Positions 49,801 to 59,606 of a stretch of DNA of 64,000 nucleotides are shown in pieces. The number at the start of each line of letters is the position of its first letter. The first letter of the stretch is position 1. A program made the position numbers and the translations under genes. The notes under the pieces are model-generated. The model was not told where the DNA came from. It saw nothing but the letters and a program-made list of their open reading frames with translations, and searched no databases. Origin of the DNA: Myxococcota bacterium (GTDB lineage: Bacteria; Myxococcota_A; SURF-8); contig CAXXQS010000002.1 in assembly GCA_963674735.2 (NCBI GenBank), forward strand, positions 2,144,001-2,208,000. Direction: 5' to 3'.

Positions 49801-52800
49801 TGTCCTGCCAGATTCCCGATAACGGCGAAACTTATTGCGTTGAGGGTGCCTGTACCCCGGTATGCGATAGCAGCCACCATTTCTGTGAAGATGGCAATTG
49901 CTATGCCGATAACGATATCACCCATTGCGGCGATGAATGCCAAACATGCGCCGTCCCGGTGGGTGGTCAGGCGTTGTGTATCGAAGGGTTGTGTGTCAAG
50001 GAATGTCCCGAGGGTCAGCACTTGTGTAACGACAACACCTGCTACGATGACGATGACACGATGCATTGCGGCGATGCCTGTCTCGTGTGTCGCGTCCCGC
50101 AAGACGGTGAAGCGCTGTGTGTCGGCGGTGAGTGTCGCCCCATATGTAACGAGAGTTATCATGCCTGTGGCGACGACTGCTACCCGGGCGACGATCCGTT
50201 GCATTGCGGCGACAACTGCGATGTGTGTCCCGTCCCGACCAACGGCGAAGCCATCTGCCAGGAAGGGCAATGCCGACGGGTTTGCAATGAGAATTTCCAT
50301 ATCTGCGACGATGGAAACTGCTACAGCGCCGATGATATCCTGCACTGCGGACTCGATTGCGAAATCTGCGATGCACCCTCCAACGGCTACGCTTTGTGTC
50401 TCGGCAATGCCTGCGAGCAGTTCTGCGATATGGCTCACCACGTTTGCGAAGACGGCAATTGCTATCGAGACACCGACATCACGCATTGTGGCGACGATTG
50501 TCAGGTGTGTGCGGTACCCGTCAATGGACGTGCCTTCTGCGTGGGTGGTGTGTGCGTGCAGGATTGCCAGGTTGGCTTCCACATGTGCGATGACGGTCAG
50601 TGTTATGCCAACGGCGATCTGGATCATTGCGGTCCCAACTGTGTGAAATGCGACCAGCCCGACAACGGCTATGCGCTTTGCACCGATCAGGGCGCGTGCG
50701 CCCAGTTGTGCAATACCGAGCACCATATGTGTGCCGACGGCGATTGCTATCCCGACACCGATGTCACGCATTGCGGCGGCGGGTGCGTCACCTGTCCGGT
50801 CCCGGCTGGCGGTTTTTCCCAATGTGTGAGCGGGTTCTGCGAGCGTAGCTGCTATGCGGGCGATCACATCTGCCCGCAGGATCAGAACTGCTATCCCAAC
50901 AACGATGTCACCCATTGCGGGGTCGATTGCGAGGTGTGTCCCAAACCGCAGAACGGCTATTCCATCTGCGATGGCCAGTGCAACGCCTTCTGTAACTCGG
51001 GCTATCATGCCTGCGACGATGGGCAGTGCTACCGCAATGACGACCTTACCCATTGCGGTGAGGACTGTGAGGTCTGTACCGCTCCCACCAATGGCTATGC
51101 GCTTTGTGTGGGCGACGAATGTCAAACCTTCTGTAATCCGAGTTACCATGCCTGCGATGATGGTCAATGCTACCCCGATAGCGACACCAAGCATTGCGGT
51201 CCCGATTGCGTGAGCTGTCCGCTTCCGCAAAATGGGTCGGCTTACTGTGTGGATGGGGAGTGTCTGGAAGTCTGTAACCCCAATTACCACCAGTGTACCG
51301 AGCATGCCGATTGGCCGGACGATTACAACTGCTATCGCAACGACGACACCACTCATTGCGGTCCGATTTGCGACACATGCCCGGTACCGCAGAACGGGAC
51401 ATCATCCTGTGTCGGTGATCAGTGCATCACCAACTGCAATGAGAGCTACCATACCTGTGACGATGGCAACTGCTACCGGGTGGACGATATCACCCACTGC
51501 GGTCCCGATTGTCTAAGCTGCGATGAGCCCAACAACGGGTATGCTCTGTGTCTGAATGAAACCTGTGAAACCTACTGCGATCCGGGCCACCACTTGTGCG
51601 ATGACGGCAACTGTTACAGCAACTTCGATCTCACCCATTGCGGGGATGATTGTGAGGTATGCGAAACGGTGCCCAATGGCTCTACAACCTGTTCCAATGG
51701 CGAATGCCAGTTGGCTTGTCTGAATGGCTACCACCAATGTGAGGATGGCGACAGCACCACCTGTGAGTCGAATGCCGATGCAACGGCTTGCGGCGACGAC
51801 TGCCTGGTTTGCGAAGTGCCCCAGGGCGGTTCGGCTACCTGCGTTAATGGTGACTGTGGGACGTCCTGCCCGACCAATACCCATTTGTGCGGTGCGGTGG
51901 GTTCTCTCGCTTGTCGTGGCAATGACGATGCGGCGGCTTGTGGAGAAACCTGCGAAATCTGTCCGGCACCGGTAGATGGGACGGCGACTTGCAACAACGG
52001 TTTGTGCGGCACCGCCTGCCCGGAGAATTGGCATTTGTGCGGTAACCAGTGTTATCCGAACACCGATGCCGATCATTGTGGAGCCACGTGTGAGACCTGT
52101 CCCGCTCCGGTTGATGGTTCGGCCACCTGTGTCAACGGTTTGTGCGGCACGACCTGCCCGACCAACTGGCATCTGTGCGGGAATCAGTGTTACCCGAACA
52201 CCGATGCCGATCATTGCGGCGATGCTTGTACCGACTGCCCGCCGCCGACCGGCGGTTCGGCTACGTGCGTCAACGGCGAATGTGGGACGGCGTGTCCGGC
52301 CAACCAGCATTTGTGTGACAATGCCTGCTACGGCAACAGCGATGCCGATCATTGCGGCGATACCTGTACCGACTGTGCGGTTCCCAACGGCGGTTCGGCG
52401 GTTTGCCTTAACGGTGAATGCAGTAAGGTCTGCCCGTCCAACCAGCATCTCTGCGACAACACCTGCTATGCCGACAACGATGCCGATCATTGCGGCGATG
52501 CCTGCCTCGATTGCGAAGCGCCGGTCAGCGGTACGGTGACGTGTTCCAACGGTGACTGTTCCAGTCAGTGTCCCGCGAACTACCACCTGTGCGAGAGCGC
52601 CGGGGTCGAGTATTGCTATCCCAACGACGATATTGCCCATTGTGGCGCGGGGTGTCTGCCCTGCGAGTCGCCGGTGGATGGCTCGGCGGTCTGCCTCAAC
52701 GGCAGTTGCCAAATGACCTGTGCGGCCAGTTGGCACATCTGTCATGTTGGTCCCGCTCCCAACGATTTCCAATGTTTCCCCAGTTCCGATGCCAATCACT

Positions 52801-55526
52801 GCGGTGACACCTGCGAGACCTGTTCGGCTCCTACGGGCGGGAGCGCGGCTTGCGTCAACGGCGAATGCGTGTCCTCCTGTTCATCGGGCACGCATTTGTG
52901 TGGTGATACCTGTTACAGCGACAGTGATGCGGATCACTGCGGTTCCGCCTGTGTGGATTGTGTGGCGCCGGCGGGCGGTACGGCGGCGTGTCTTAACGGC
53001 TCGTGCGTGGAACAATGTCCCAGCGGAACGCATCAGTGCGGCGATACCTGCTACAGCGACAGCGATCCGGATTACTGTGGTTCCGCCTGTGTGGATTGCG
53101 TGGCGCCGACGGGCGGCACGGCGGCGTGTCTAAACGGTTTGTGCGTGGAACAGTGTCCCAGTGGAACGCATCAGTGTGGCGATACCTGCTACAGCGATAG
53201 CGACTCGGATCATTGCGGTTCCACCTGTGTAGACTGTGTGGCTCCGACTGGCGGCACGGCGGCTTGTCAAAACGGACTGTGCGTGGAACAGTGCCCCAGC
53301 GGAACGCATCAGTGCGGCGATACCTGTTACAGCAATAGTGATGCCGATCACTGTGGAGCGAGTTGCCTCGACTGCGAGCCTCCGGTGGACGGCTTGGCGA
53401 CCTGCCTCAACGGTCTTTGTGGTCAGGCCTGCAACCCTGGTCAGCATTTGTGCGACATCGGCGGCGGAGATACCCAATGCTTCCTCAACACCGACGGTAG
53501 TCACTGCGGTCCGGACTGCGAGGATTGTCCCGACCCGGGTGGCAGCGGCTATGCCAGTTGTGTGAACGATGCCTGCACCCAGGTTTGCAATCCGGGCAGC
53601 CACTTGTGCGAGCCCGATGGAACCGATTGCTGGCCGGATAACGACGAGAGCCACTGCGGCGACAGCTGCACCGATTGTCCCGATCCGGTGAACGGCAGCG
53701 GTGTGTGCAATAACGATGTCTGCGACTTCACTTGCGATCCCTATTACAGCCGCAATCCGTCGCAAGGAACCTGTGAACCGAACAACAGCGATGACTGTTG
53801 CGGGCTCAATTGCTCGGACTGCCAGCCGGCTGGACCGCATACGGCCGGTCTTTGCATCGATACCGGCGATCCGATCAATCCCTTCCAGTGCTCCTATACT
53901 TGTGAGAGCGGCTGGGTGGATTACAACGATGACTTTACCGATGGTTGCGAATGTGAATTCGTCGACGATCTCGATCCGATCGGAACGGGTGGCGACGAAA
54001 ACTGCGATGGCGTGGACGGCATCATGGATGAAGCCGTGTATGTTTCGAAAGATGGTAATGACATCAATGATGGTAGCTATCTCTATCCGGTGGCCACCAT
54101 CGGCCAGGGTATCAACCGAGCGATCTCGCGCGGTCTCGACTACGTGCTGATCACCGGTGAGCGTTATTACGAAAATGTGGTGTTGGTGGAAGGTATCAGC
54201 CTTCTGGGTGGTTACTCCATCACCTTCCGCAACCGCAACATTTTGACCAACCGCACGACGATCCAAGGCCAGGCCCCGAATTACGGGTCCGGTATCTATG
54301 GTGCGGTGACGGCCATCGGGATCAACTCCATCGACACCGAGTTTTCCGGGTTCGAGGTGGTGGGCAGAGATGCCGCAGGCAGTTCCGAAAGCACCTATGC
54401 CATGTATGTGCGTAACTGCAACGATTTCTTGAACATTTCGTTCAATACGCTGGTCGGTGCGGAAGGGTCCGACGGTTTGATCGGCTCAAATGGCGTCAAG
54501 GGTGCGGATGGAGTGAGCGGTTCCGATGGGAGTGCTGCGCGTCCGTCGAGTGGCAGTGCCCAGAGCTGCACTGGTTCGAATGCTGGTGGCGCAGCCGGAA
54601 CCAATGCGTCCTGCTCCACCGTCAACGGCGGTGCCGGAGCCTCGGCGATTTGTCCGGTCACTTATGATGTTCAGCAACCTTCGGGCCTTGCCGGTGGAAA
54701 CGGCGGCGGCTCGGGAGGATCGGGCGGCTATAGCAATCGCATTACCATCTGGCATTGCGGAACCTGCAACCCGCCCACCGCCGGACCGCGAGACGGCAAT
54801 CCGGGACTGGATGGCAGTCCAGGCTCCGATGGCTCGGCCGGAGCGGCTTGCAACAACCTCGGATCGGTCAATGGCTCTTGGTTGTGGAGCGTCGGAACGG
54901 CCGGAAACGGTGGTAACGGCACCCACGGTTCGGGTGGCGGTGGTGGTGGTGCCGGTGGCGGTGTTGATATTGCCAGCTCCTGCTATGGAAGCGCCGATAT
55001 CTTCGGTGGTTCGGGTGGCGGCGGCGGTGCCGGTGGTTGTCGCGGAACCCGTGGTTACAATGGCACAGCGGGCGGGAGTTCGTTTGCCATGCTGGTTATC
55101 TTCACGAGTACTCCTGGCGATTGGAGCGATCTGCCCGTGATTGAAAACAATAACTTCCAGGTGGGTCAGGGCGGCTCGGGTGGTAACGGTGGTGCAGCCG
55201 GAGCCGGTGGAACGGCCGGAGCCGGTGGTAAGAACGGAGCCGGTGGTGAGCCCGGTGAAGACGACTGGTGCGCGCCTCCGGGCGGCTCAGGCGGTACGGG
55301 TGGTCGCGGTGGCCATGGCGGCGGCGGCGGCGGCGGTTGCGGCGGTAACGCCTATGGCTTGTATGTCCACAATTACGGCGTCTACCAGCCTACCGGTTGG
55401 GTAAGCAACAACGATTTCGACCTGAGTTCCGGTTGGGCGGGCGACGGCGGCAGTGGCGGCTATAGTCCGGCCAACGATGGCCAGGATGGCTCTCTCGGCG
55501 TCTTCGCCGACACGAATATCCCGTAA
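46878..55526 (+). CDS. Giant Cys-rich surface lipoprotein (~2880 aa): short Cys modules, six Ig-like (ASH/choice-of-anchor D-like) domains, ~31 8-Cys repeats, DUF1565-like segment and Gly-rich C-terminus
   Basis: GAGGAGGAG RBS; lipobox LILASC; six units with FG..V...I.N.G..L pattern; HCG repeats; VYVSKDGND..DGS..PVATI; poly-Gly tracts. Confidence 0.85.
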   Translation: MVSRTKMFRQDFLWVILSFLMTLILASCGDNGPIGGEFGDDDSNAGKTCDSADDCGDGYLCVDNRCVNIGDGDIDPDSKILCDNEEDCPLGFYCGDDGECHLKDTFSCTDGECPVGFTCIEDQCIETGETYPCATSDDCPPGSICRNGWCWGVPIDGDSDSSEDSDSDQSFGPQISVLDTIDFGAVPLNMRVVRTLQIVSVGTESLMVYSVILDGSSDDDYRILNAPSTTQELAPGDTLDIVIELIPEIPGRRVGKIIVTSNDVETNTVEVQLTSQYKGEANIVADPMEVEFGQAVLNGAAVRREVVIKNQPPDTESNRVLEIYSITLGTPANPNFTIELEASDFPIIIGPGDANAFTFSILFHPTTVDAHSEVAVIANSDPQEEDREIQVVLSGEGVVPQLEVTPIGTINFGLVSLESTESREIVLTNIGGAPLNIEDVRFYDPIDETFSLEADSAIGEELTSGGSAIVTVSYAPTDTVSNVTNLLIASNSYNSAERIIRVDGRGIESDIRAVPPYLDFQDVPVGASKDLSVSIRNEGDDALNVTAIQAEVELAEFTLVNVDDIPLHLEPGQASSLTFRYQPEDEGPDAGDLVLTVSLGSGSYELPVSGRGVMPHLIWEPTGQDVAFGDVIVGSSRTLQLTLRNTGLSDLEIFNVRMDPDPQNNFAVLPTDDAMVIPGGEYVLSLRYAPPFGATVGPETQHLTFNTNDVDFPEVVFNLSGAVVDPQLTLDPSDSPYDFGEVDVGTEKTVVFIVSNSGSGTLEIGGIGMPPSSEQNGYTLNVDPADFPVLLEPGSRATQYAFSITFSPPGYSVLNGEVTLFSNDSRHPDGYVLSLTGEGTGCGEGYHRCEVCEGQECEDLCVPDNSVESCGTRCESCPEPDFSQALCVWSEDEGQYACDFQCDPNYVPYEGVCKQAGQPDCCGDACLVCPDPPDNASTQCLDGECVFVCDNTWHLCADNQCYPDSDVTHCGEDCMSCQIPDNGETYCVEGACTPVCDSSHHFCEDGNCYADNDITHCGDECQTCAVPVGGQALCIEGLCVKECPEGQHLCNDNTCYDDDDTMHCGDACLVCRVPQDGEALCVGGECRPICNESYHACGDDCYPGDDPLHCGDNCDVCPVPTNGEAICQEGQCRRVCNENFHICDDGNCYSADDILHCGLDCEICDAPSNGYALCLGNACEQFCDMAHHVCEDGNCYRDTDITHCGDDCQVCAVPVNGRAFCVGGVCVQDCQVGFHMCDDGQCYANGDLDHCGPNCVKCDQPDNGYALCTDQGACAQLCNTEHHMCADGDCYPDTDVTHCGGGCVTCPVPAGGFSQCVSGFCERSCYAGDHICPQDQNCYPNNDVTHCGVDCEVCPKPQNGYSICDGQCNAFCNSGYHACDDGQCYRNDDLTHCGEDCEVCTAPTNGYALCVGDECQTFCNPSYHACDDGQCYPDSDTKHCGPDCVSCPLPQNGSAYCVDGECLEVCNPNYHQCTEHADWPDDYNCYRNDDTTHCGPICDTCPVPQNGTSSCVGDQCITNCNESYHTCDDGNCYRVDDITHCGPDCLSCDEPNNGYALCLNETCETYCDPGHHLCDDGNCYSNFDLTHCGDDCEVCETVPNGSTTCSNGECQLACLNGYHQCEDGDSTTCESNADATACGDDCLVCEVPQGGSATCVNGDCGTSCPTNTHLCGAVGSLACRGNDDAAACGETCEICPAPVDGTATCNNGLCGTACPENWHLCGNQCYPNTDADHCGATCETCPAPVDGSATCVNGLCGTTCPTNWHLCGNQCYPNTDADHCGDACTDCPPPTGGSATCVNGECGTACPANQHLCDNACYGNSDADHCGDTCTDCAVPNGGSAVCLNGECSKVCPSNQHLCDNTCYADNDADHCGDACLDCEAPVSGTVTCSNGDCSSQCPANYHLCESAGVEYCYPNDDIAHCGAGCLPCESPVDGSAVCLNGSCQMTCAASWHICHVGPAPNDFQCFPSSDANHCGDTCETCSAPTGGSAACVNGECVSSCSSGTHLCGDTCYSDSDADHCGSACVDCVAPAGGTAACLNGSCVEQCPSGTHQCGDTCYSDSDPDYCGSACVDCVAPTGGTAACLNGLCVEQCPSGTHQCGDTCYSDSDSDHCGSTCVDCVAPTGGTAACQNGLCVEQCPSGTHQCGDTCYSNSDADHCGASCLDCEPPVDGLATCLNGLCGQACNPGQHLCDIGGGDTQCFLNTDGSHCGPDCEDCPDPGGSGYASCVNDACTQVCNPGSHLCEPDGTDCWPDNDESHCGDSCTDCPDPVNGSGVCNNDVCDFTCDPYYSRNPSQGTCEPNNSDDCCGLNCSDCQPAGPHTAGLCIDTGDPINPFQCSYTCESGWVDYNDDFTDGCECEFVDDLDPIGTGGDENCDGVDGIMDEAVYVSKDGNDINDGSYLYPVATIGQGINRAISRGLDYVLITGERYYENVVLVEGISLLGGYSITFRNRNILTNRTTIQGQAPNYGSGIYGAVTAIGINSIDTEFSGFEVVGRDAAGSSESTYAMYVRNCNDFLNISFNTLVGAEGSDGLIGSNGVKGADGVSGSDGSAARPSSGSAQSCTGSNAGGAAGTNASCSTVNGGAGASAICPVTYDVQQPSGLAGGNGGGSGGSGGYSNRITIWHCGTCNPPTAGPRDGNPGLDGSPGSDGSAGAACNNLGSVNGSWLWSVGTAGNGGNGTHGSGGGGGGAGGGVDIASSCYGSADIFGGSGGGGGAGGCRGTRGYNGTAGGSSFAMLVIFTSTPGDWSDLPVIENNNFQVGQGGSGGNGGAAGAGGTAGAGGKNGAGGEPGEDDWCAPPGGSGGTGGRGGHGGGGGGGCGGNAYGLYVHNYGVYQPTGWVSNNDFDLSSGWAGDGGSGGYSPANDGQDGSLGVFADTNIP
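49400..53960 (+). repeat. ~31 tandem ~46-50-aa Cys8/His2 protein repeats; near-identical 138-nt units at ~52880-53380 and ~51990-52270
   Basis: Consensus H-x-C-x(3,4)-C-Y-x3-D-x2-H-C-G-x2-C-x2-C-x2-P-x2-G-x3-C-x4-C-x3-C, counted by eye; boundaries approximate. Confidence 0.9.
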
Positions 55527-55543
55527 GGGGAAACGAAACCCAC

Positions 55544-55582
55544 GAAAGACGGCCGGGAGCTTGATGTCTCTCGGCCGTTTTC
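55544..55582. terminator. Hairpin, possibly a bidirectional terminator, between the giant lipoprotein and HD-GYP genes
   Basis: GAAAGACGGCCGGGAG...CTCTCGGCCGTTTTC. Confidence 0.65.
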
Positions 55583-55731
55583 ATTATGAAATCATGATGA
55601 AATTCGGTGTAGATGTGAATTGCATCGTTAGTTGGGTGGCGTTCGCGGCTGCCGTGATCTTTTCGATCATCGGCTCCGACTGCTCGTCATTGGCAAGGCT
55701 TCGAAATAGGTGTGATTAAAGGACGGAACGA

Positions 55732-56844
55732 TCAATCATCCTTCAGAGTGGAATGAATTTCCTTGAAATCATCGATTGCGTCTTCGAAAACTGCGAAGAG
55801 ATCGGGATCGAAATGCTTACCGGCGCCATCACGCATGATGCTCATGGTTTTTTCAATCGAGAACTCCGGCTTATACGGTCGTTTTGAACGAAGTGCGTCG
55901 AACACGTCCGCGATGGCGGTCATGCGTGCTTCCAAAGGAGCTTCATCGCCTTTTAACCCCCGGGGATAGCCGCTGCCATCCCACTTTTCGTGGTGATTCA
56001 TGGCAATATCCGCGGCCATCTGAATGAATGGGTTTGGCTTGGCATCGGGATCCTGCTGCGATTCGATACCGAACCACTGGGTGTAGATCCGGATGCCTTT
56101 GGGGTTGCCTGTCATGATATTGGAGCCGATCGAACAGTGCTCCTCCATGACCGTGCGTTCCTCGGGAGTCAGTTTGCCGGGCTTGAGCAGGATGGTGTCG
56201 GAAATCCCGATTTTTCCGATATCATGCAGGGGGGCAGTCAGAAAAACCAGCTCGATGAATTGCTGGTCCAAATTGAGTTTTTCGGCCAGAGTTCGGCAAT
56301 ATGCTCCCACACGCACAACATGATTGCCGGTTTCTTCATCGCGGAATTCGCCCGCTTTCGCTAATCGCCAGATGATATCGATTCGCGATTCCGATAGCTG
56401 CAACGTCCGCTCGCGTACCCGCCGATCCAGCACTTCGTTCTGTTGTTTCAACTCATCCTGATACCGTTTCAGTTGCAGAGAACTGGCAAGACGGGCGAGC
56501 AAATCTTCTCGTTGGATCGGTTTATTGAGAAAATCGGTAGCCCCATATTCCAATGCTTGGTGTTTTAGCTCGTGCTCGGCATTACCGGTGAGAATGATGA
56601 AAGGAAGGCCTTTCAAATCGGGGTGTGCCTTGACTTCCTTCAGAAAATCCAAACCGTTTTTTCCGGGCATATTGTAATCGGAGATTACGACATCGATATC
56701 CTGCTCATGAAGCAGATCCATCGCTTCCTGGACATCATTTGCACAGAAAAGCTCCCAGTTTTTTCGGTCGTATAGCTGTCGGCGCATCCCGCTTAAGAAA
56801 TTCGGCTCATCATCGACGAACAGGAGTTTGAAGTGTTGATTCAT
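55732..56844 (-). CDS. Response regulator with HD-GYP cyclic-dinucleotide phosphodiesterase domain (RpfG-like)
   Basis: REC domain (VDDE, SDYNMP, NKP); ETGNHVVRV, LHDIGK, HHEKWDGSGYP, ADVFDAL..RPYK. Confidence 0.93.
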   Translation of the reverse strand: MNQHFKLLFVDDEPNFLSGMRRQLYDRKNWELFCANDVQEAMDLLHEQDIDVVISDYNMPGKNGLDFLKEVKAHPDLKGLPFIILTGNAEHELKHQALEYGATDFLNKPIQREDLLARLASSLQLKRYQDELKQQNEVLDRRVRERTLQLSESRIDIIWRLAKAGEFRDEETGNHVVRVGAYCRTLAEKLNLDQQFIELVFLTAPLHDIGKIGISDTILLKPGKLTPEERTVMEEHCSIGSNIMTGNPKGIRIYTQWFGIESQQDPDAKPNPFIQMAADIAMNHHEKWDGSGYPRGLKGDEAPLEARMTAIADVFDALRSKRPYKPEFSIEKTMSIMRDGAGKHFDPDLFAVFEDAIDDFKEIHSTLKDD

Positions 56845-59342
56845 GGACGCATCCCCTCATGCAAATTCTCAGTATATGTTTTAGAAATGGGAAGCCAAAT
56901 GATAAACGTCGTTCCGCTTCCGATTTCCGATTCGACCTGAATCGAACCGCCATGTTTTTCAACGATGACATTGTGGGAGATAGCCAACCCTTGGCCGCTT
57001 CCTTTGCCGACTTCTTTGGTCGTGAAAAAAGGATCGAAAATCTTGTCTCTGATGTCCTCTGGTATGCCGGTTCCGGTGTCGCTGATGTGCACTTCAATGC
57101 CGCCGTTTTGTTCCGAGGTTCGAATGCGAATGATCCCTCTTCCTTTCTTACCATTCTCTACGACATCTGAAATGGTATGGGCGGCGTTGACGATCAGGTT
57201 AAGGAAGACTTGATTTAACGGACCAACCAAACAGGGAACACGGGGAAGATTGCGGGCGAAGTCGGTTTCGATCGTCGCGACGTATTTCCATTCGTTGCGG
57301 CACACGGTGATGGTGCTGGCGATGGCCTGGTTCAGGTCCACCTCCGTTTTCTTTTCCGAACCGGGATGTGAAAATTCCTTCATGGCTCGAACGATTTCGG
57401 AGACTCGATCGAGCCCGTCGAGGCTTTGTTTGAGAGCCAGCGGTATTTCGGTTTCCAAAAAATCCAGATCGATTTCCGAAAGAAGCTGATTCAAGGTTTG
57501 AAAATCGGACCGAGTGTCGCGATTGTTTTTCGTATTCTCAACCAGCTGTTTAAGCGGCTTGAATAAGCGCACGAGATCGATGATCGCCGAGTGTACGAAG
57601 CTCGTATTGTCGCCCACATATTGAGTTGGAGTGTTGACTTCATGGGCGATGCCGGCCGCCAAACGTCCGATGGATTCAAGTTTTTGTGCTTGGCTGAGTT
57701 GCTTTTCGAGTTGCATCACCTGGGTAACGTCGCGTTTGACTGCCAGATAACTGACGAGCCGTCCGACTTCATCGCGGATAGGAGAAATGGTTTGTTCTTC
57801 CTCGTACAGGGTACCGTCTTTTCGTCGGTTGATGATGTGACCCGACCAGACGTTTCCGCGGCTGATGGTTTGCCATAGGTTTTGATAGAACGCATTGTCG
57901 TGGCGTCCGCTTTTCAGAAGGCTGAATTTATTTCCAATCACTTCGTTTTCTTGATAGCCGGTGATTTGTTCGAAAGCGGCATTGACGTATTCGATACGAC
58001 CTTTGGAATCGGTCATAACGATCATTTCCGCCAGCTGATCGATCGCCGTGGCGAAGCGCGCCAGCTCTTTTTCGACTCGCCGCCGTTCCTCGATATCACG
58101 GCGCAGGAGGTCGTTGGTCGTGTCCAGCTCCTGGGTGCGTTCGCGCACCAGTTCGTCCAGGCGATCCCACTGCTGTTTCAATTCTTGTTCGGCCTTGAAG
58201 CGTTCGGTTGTATCCTGTTTGACTGCAACAAAGTGGCTGATGGTGCCGTCGACATCGCGAACCGGTGTAATGGTCATGTCTTCGATGTACACGTACCCAT
58301 CTTTGTGGCGGTTTCTGATGAGTCCGCGCCAGACCCGGCCATCGAGGATCGTCTTCCACATGTCGATGTAAAAATCGGGATTGTGGTGACCGGATTTCAG
58401 TATCTTGGGATTGCGGCCTACAGCCTCTTCGAACGAATAGCCGGTGAGTTGGGAGAAGGCGGGATTGACCCAGCGGATCACCCCGTTGCGATCGGATATC
58501 ACGATGCCGTTGGCGGCGGCCTTGAGTGCGGCGAGTTGAAGATCGATCTGCTTTTTCACTTCCTGTTCTGTGGTCACGTCACGTGCGATGCACATCAGAC
58601 TTCCCGGACCGTTTCTTTTGGATCGGCGAATCAAGGTGCCTTTGATGAAAACTTCTTGGCCATTCCGATCGAGGAAAACGGATTGGGTGGCTTGCTGACG
58701 TATCCCGTCTTCGGGATCGAAGAGAAGCTTGCGGCAATGGGCTTCGAAACGTGGGCTGACAAAATCGAGGATGGAGCGTCCGAGCACTTCGTTTTTGGTA
58801 TAACCCAATTTGGTCAGCCATCGTGGATTGGCATAAGTCAGTCGGCCATCGGCACTCATGGTGTGAATCAGTTCCTCGGCCGCTTCCATATAGTCCTGCA
58901 ACTCCTGGGTACGGGAGTGCAGATTGCTTTCGGCCTGCCGTCGCTTGCGGATGGTGCGGATTCGGTCAAGACTCAGAATCAACCGCATACGCAATCGGTT
59001 GGTATTGACGGGTTTGAGACAAGCGTCGTTGATGCCCGCCTCGATCACGTTAGAGAAATCACCGTATTGTTCTAGGGCGGCCAAGGAAAATAGATAGAGA
59101 TCCTGCCCTCCGGCTACTTTTCTGGCATCTTGGCAGAACGAGTATACAGACTTGTCTTTGTAGTAATAATCTAAAATGAACATGTCCAGGGGATTGTCTG
59201 CGTGAGTGTCCAATGCGCTGGAGAAAGAATCGAATACCACACTTTGTATGTTGAGACCATCCAGCAAATTCTGCAAAGTGGAGAAATTCGTACTGATGAT
59301 TCCGGCGCGCAAGATATCCCGATTGTTGTCTGTGTAACTCAT
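56841..59342 (-). CDS. Cytoplasmic multi-PAS sensor histidine kinase with atypical N-terminal REC domain
   Basis: Three PAS domains (NP/NA..TGY..E..G), H-box [31 protein letters not shown]; overlaps the HD-GYP start. Confidence 0.92.
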   Translation of the reverse strand: MSYTDNNRDILRAGIISTNFSTLQNLLDGLNIQSVVFDSFSSALDTHADNPLDMFILDYYYKDKSVYSFCQDARKVAGGQDLYLFSLAALEQYGDFSNVIEAGINDACLKPVNTNRLRMRLILSLDRIRTIRKRRQAESNLHSRTQELQDYMEAAEELIHTMSADGRLTYANPRWLTKLGYTKNEVLGRSILDFVSPRFEAHCRKLLFDPEDGIRQQATQSVFLDRNGQEVFIKGTLIRRSKRNGPGSLMCIARDVTTEQEVKKQIDLQLAALKAAANGIVISDRNGVIRWVNPAFSQLTGYSFEEAVGRNPKILKSGHHNPDFYIDMWKTILDGRVWRGLIRNRHKDGYVYIEDMTITPVRDVDGTISHFVAVKQDTTERFKAEQELKQQWDRLDELVRERTQELDTTNDLLRRDIEERRRVEKELARFATAIDQLAEMIVMTDSKGRIEYVNAAFEQITGYQENEVIGNKFSLLKSGRHDNAFYQNLWQTISRGNVWSGHIINRRKDGTLYEEEQTISPIRDEVGRLVSYLAVKRDVTQVMQLEKQLSQAQKLESIGRLAAGIAHEVNTPTQYVGDNTSFVHSAIIDLVRLFKPLKQLVENTKNNRDTRSDFQTLNQLLSEIDLDFLETEIPLALKQSLDGLDRVSEIVRAMKEFSHPGSEKKTEVDLNQAIASTITVCRNEWKYVATIETDFARNLPRVPCLVGPLNQVFLNLIVNAAHTISDVVENGKKGRGIIRIRTSEQNGGIEVHISDTGTGIPEDIRDKIFDPFFTTKEVGKGSGQGLAISHNVIVEKHGGSIQVESEIGSGTTFIIWLPISKTYTENLHEGMRP

Positions 59343-59606
59343 TGTGTTAACTCAGCTATTCAACGTGACCCGGTTTCATGTGTTTGAAATTATATCCACG
59401 TTGGAACGCCCGGAAGGAAAAAATGAAGTCTCAATCCGGGTTTGGAAGATACCGGGCAAATCTTATCTGTGGCGTTCCTTTCGGTTACCCTCTTGTATAT
59501 TCGGATGAATGGGGGGAAATCTGAAGGAAAAACAACTGTTGTCAGGACCGAGCGGCATTGGAAGTTCGGGTTGGATCAGGGTAAGGGTGATAATCGATTG
59601 ATGTAT

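Noticed and set aside
49400-53960. Giant protein as a multiheme cytochrome or nanowire (many CxxC, cytochrome maturation genes in the window)
   Set aside because: The CxxC motifs are followed by x-x-P, not His; I found no CxxCH in the array.
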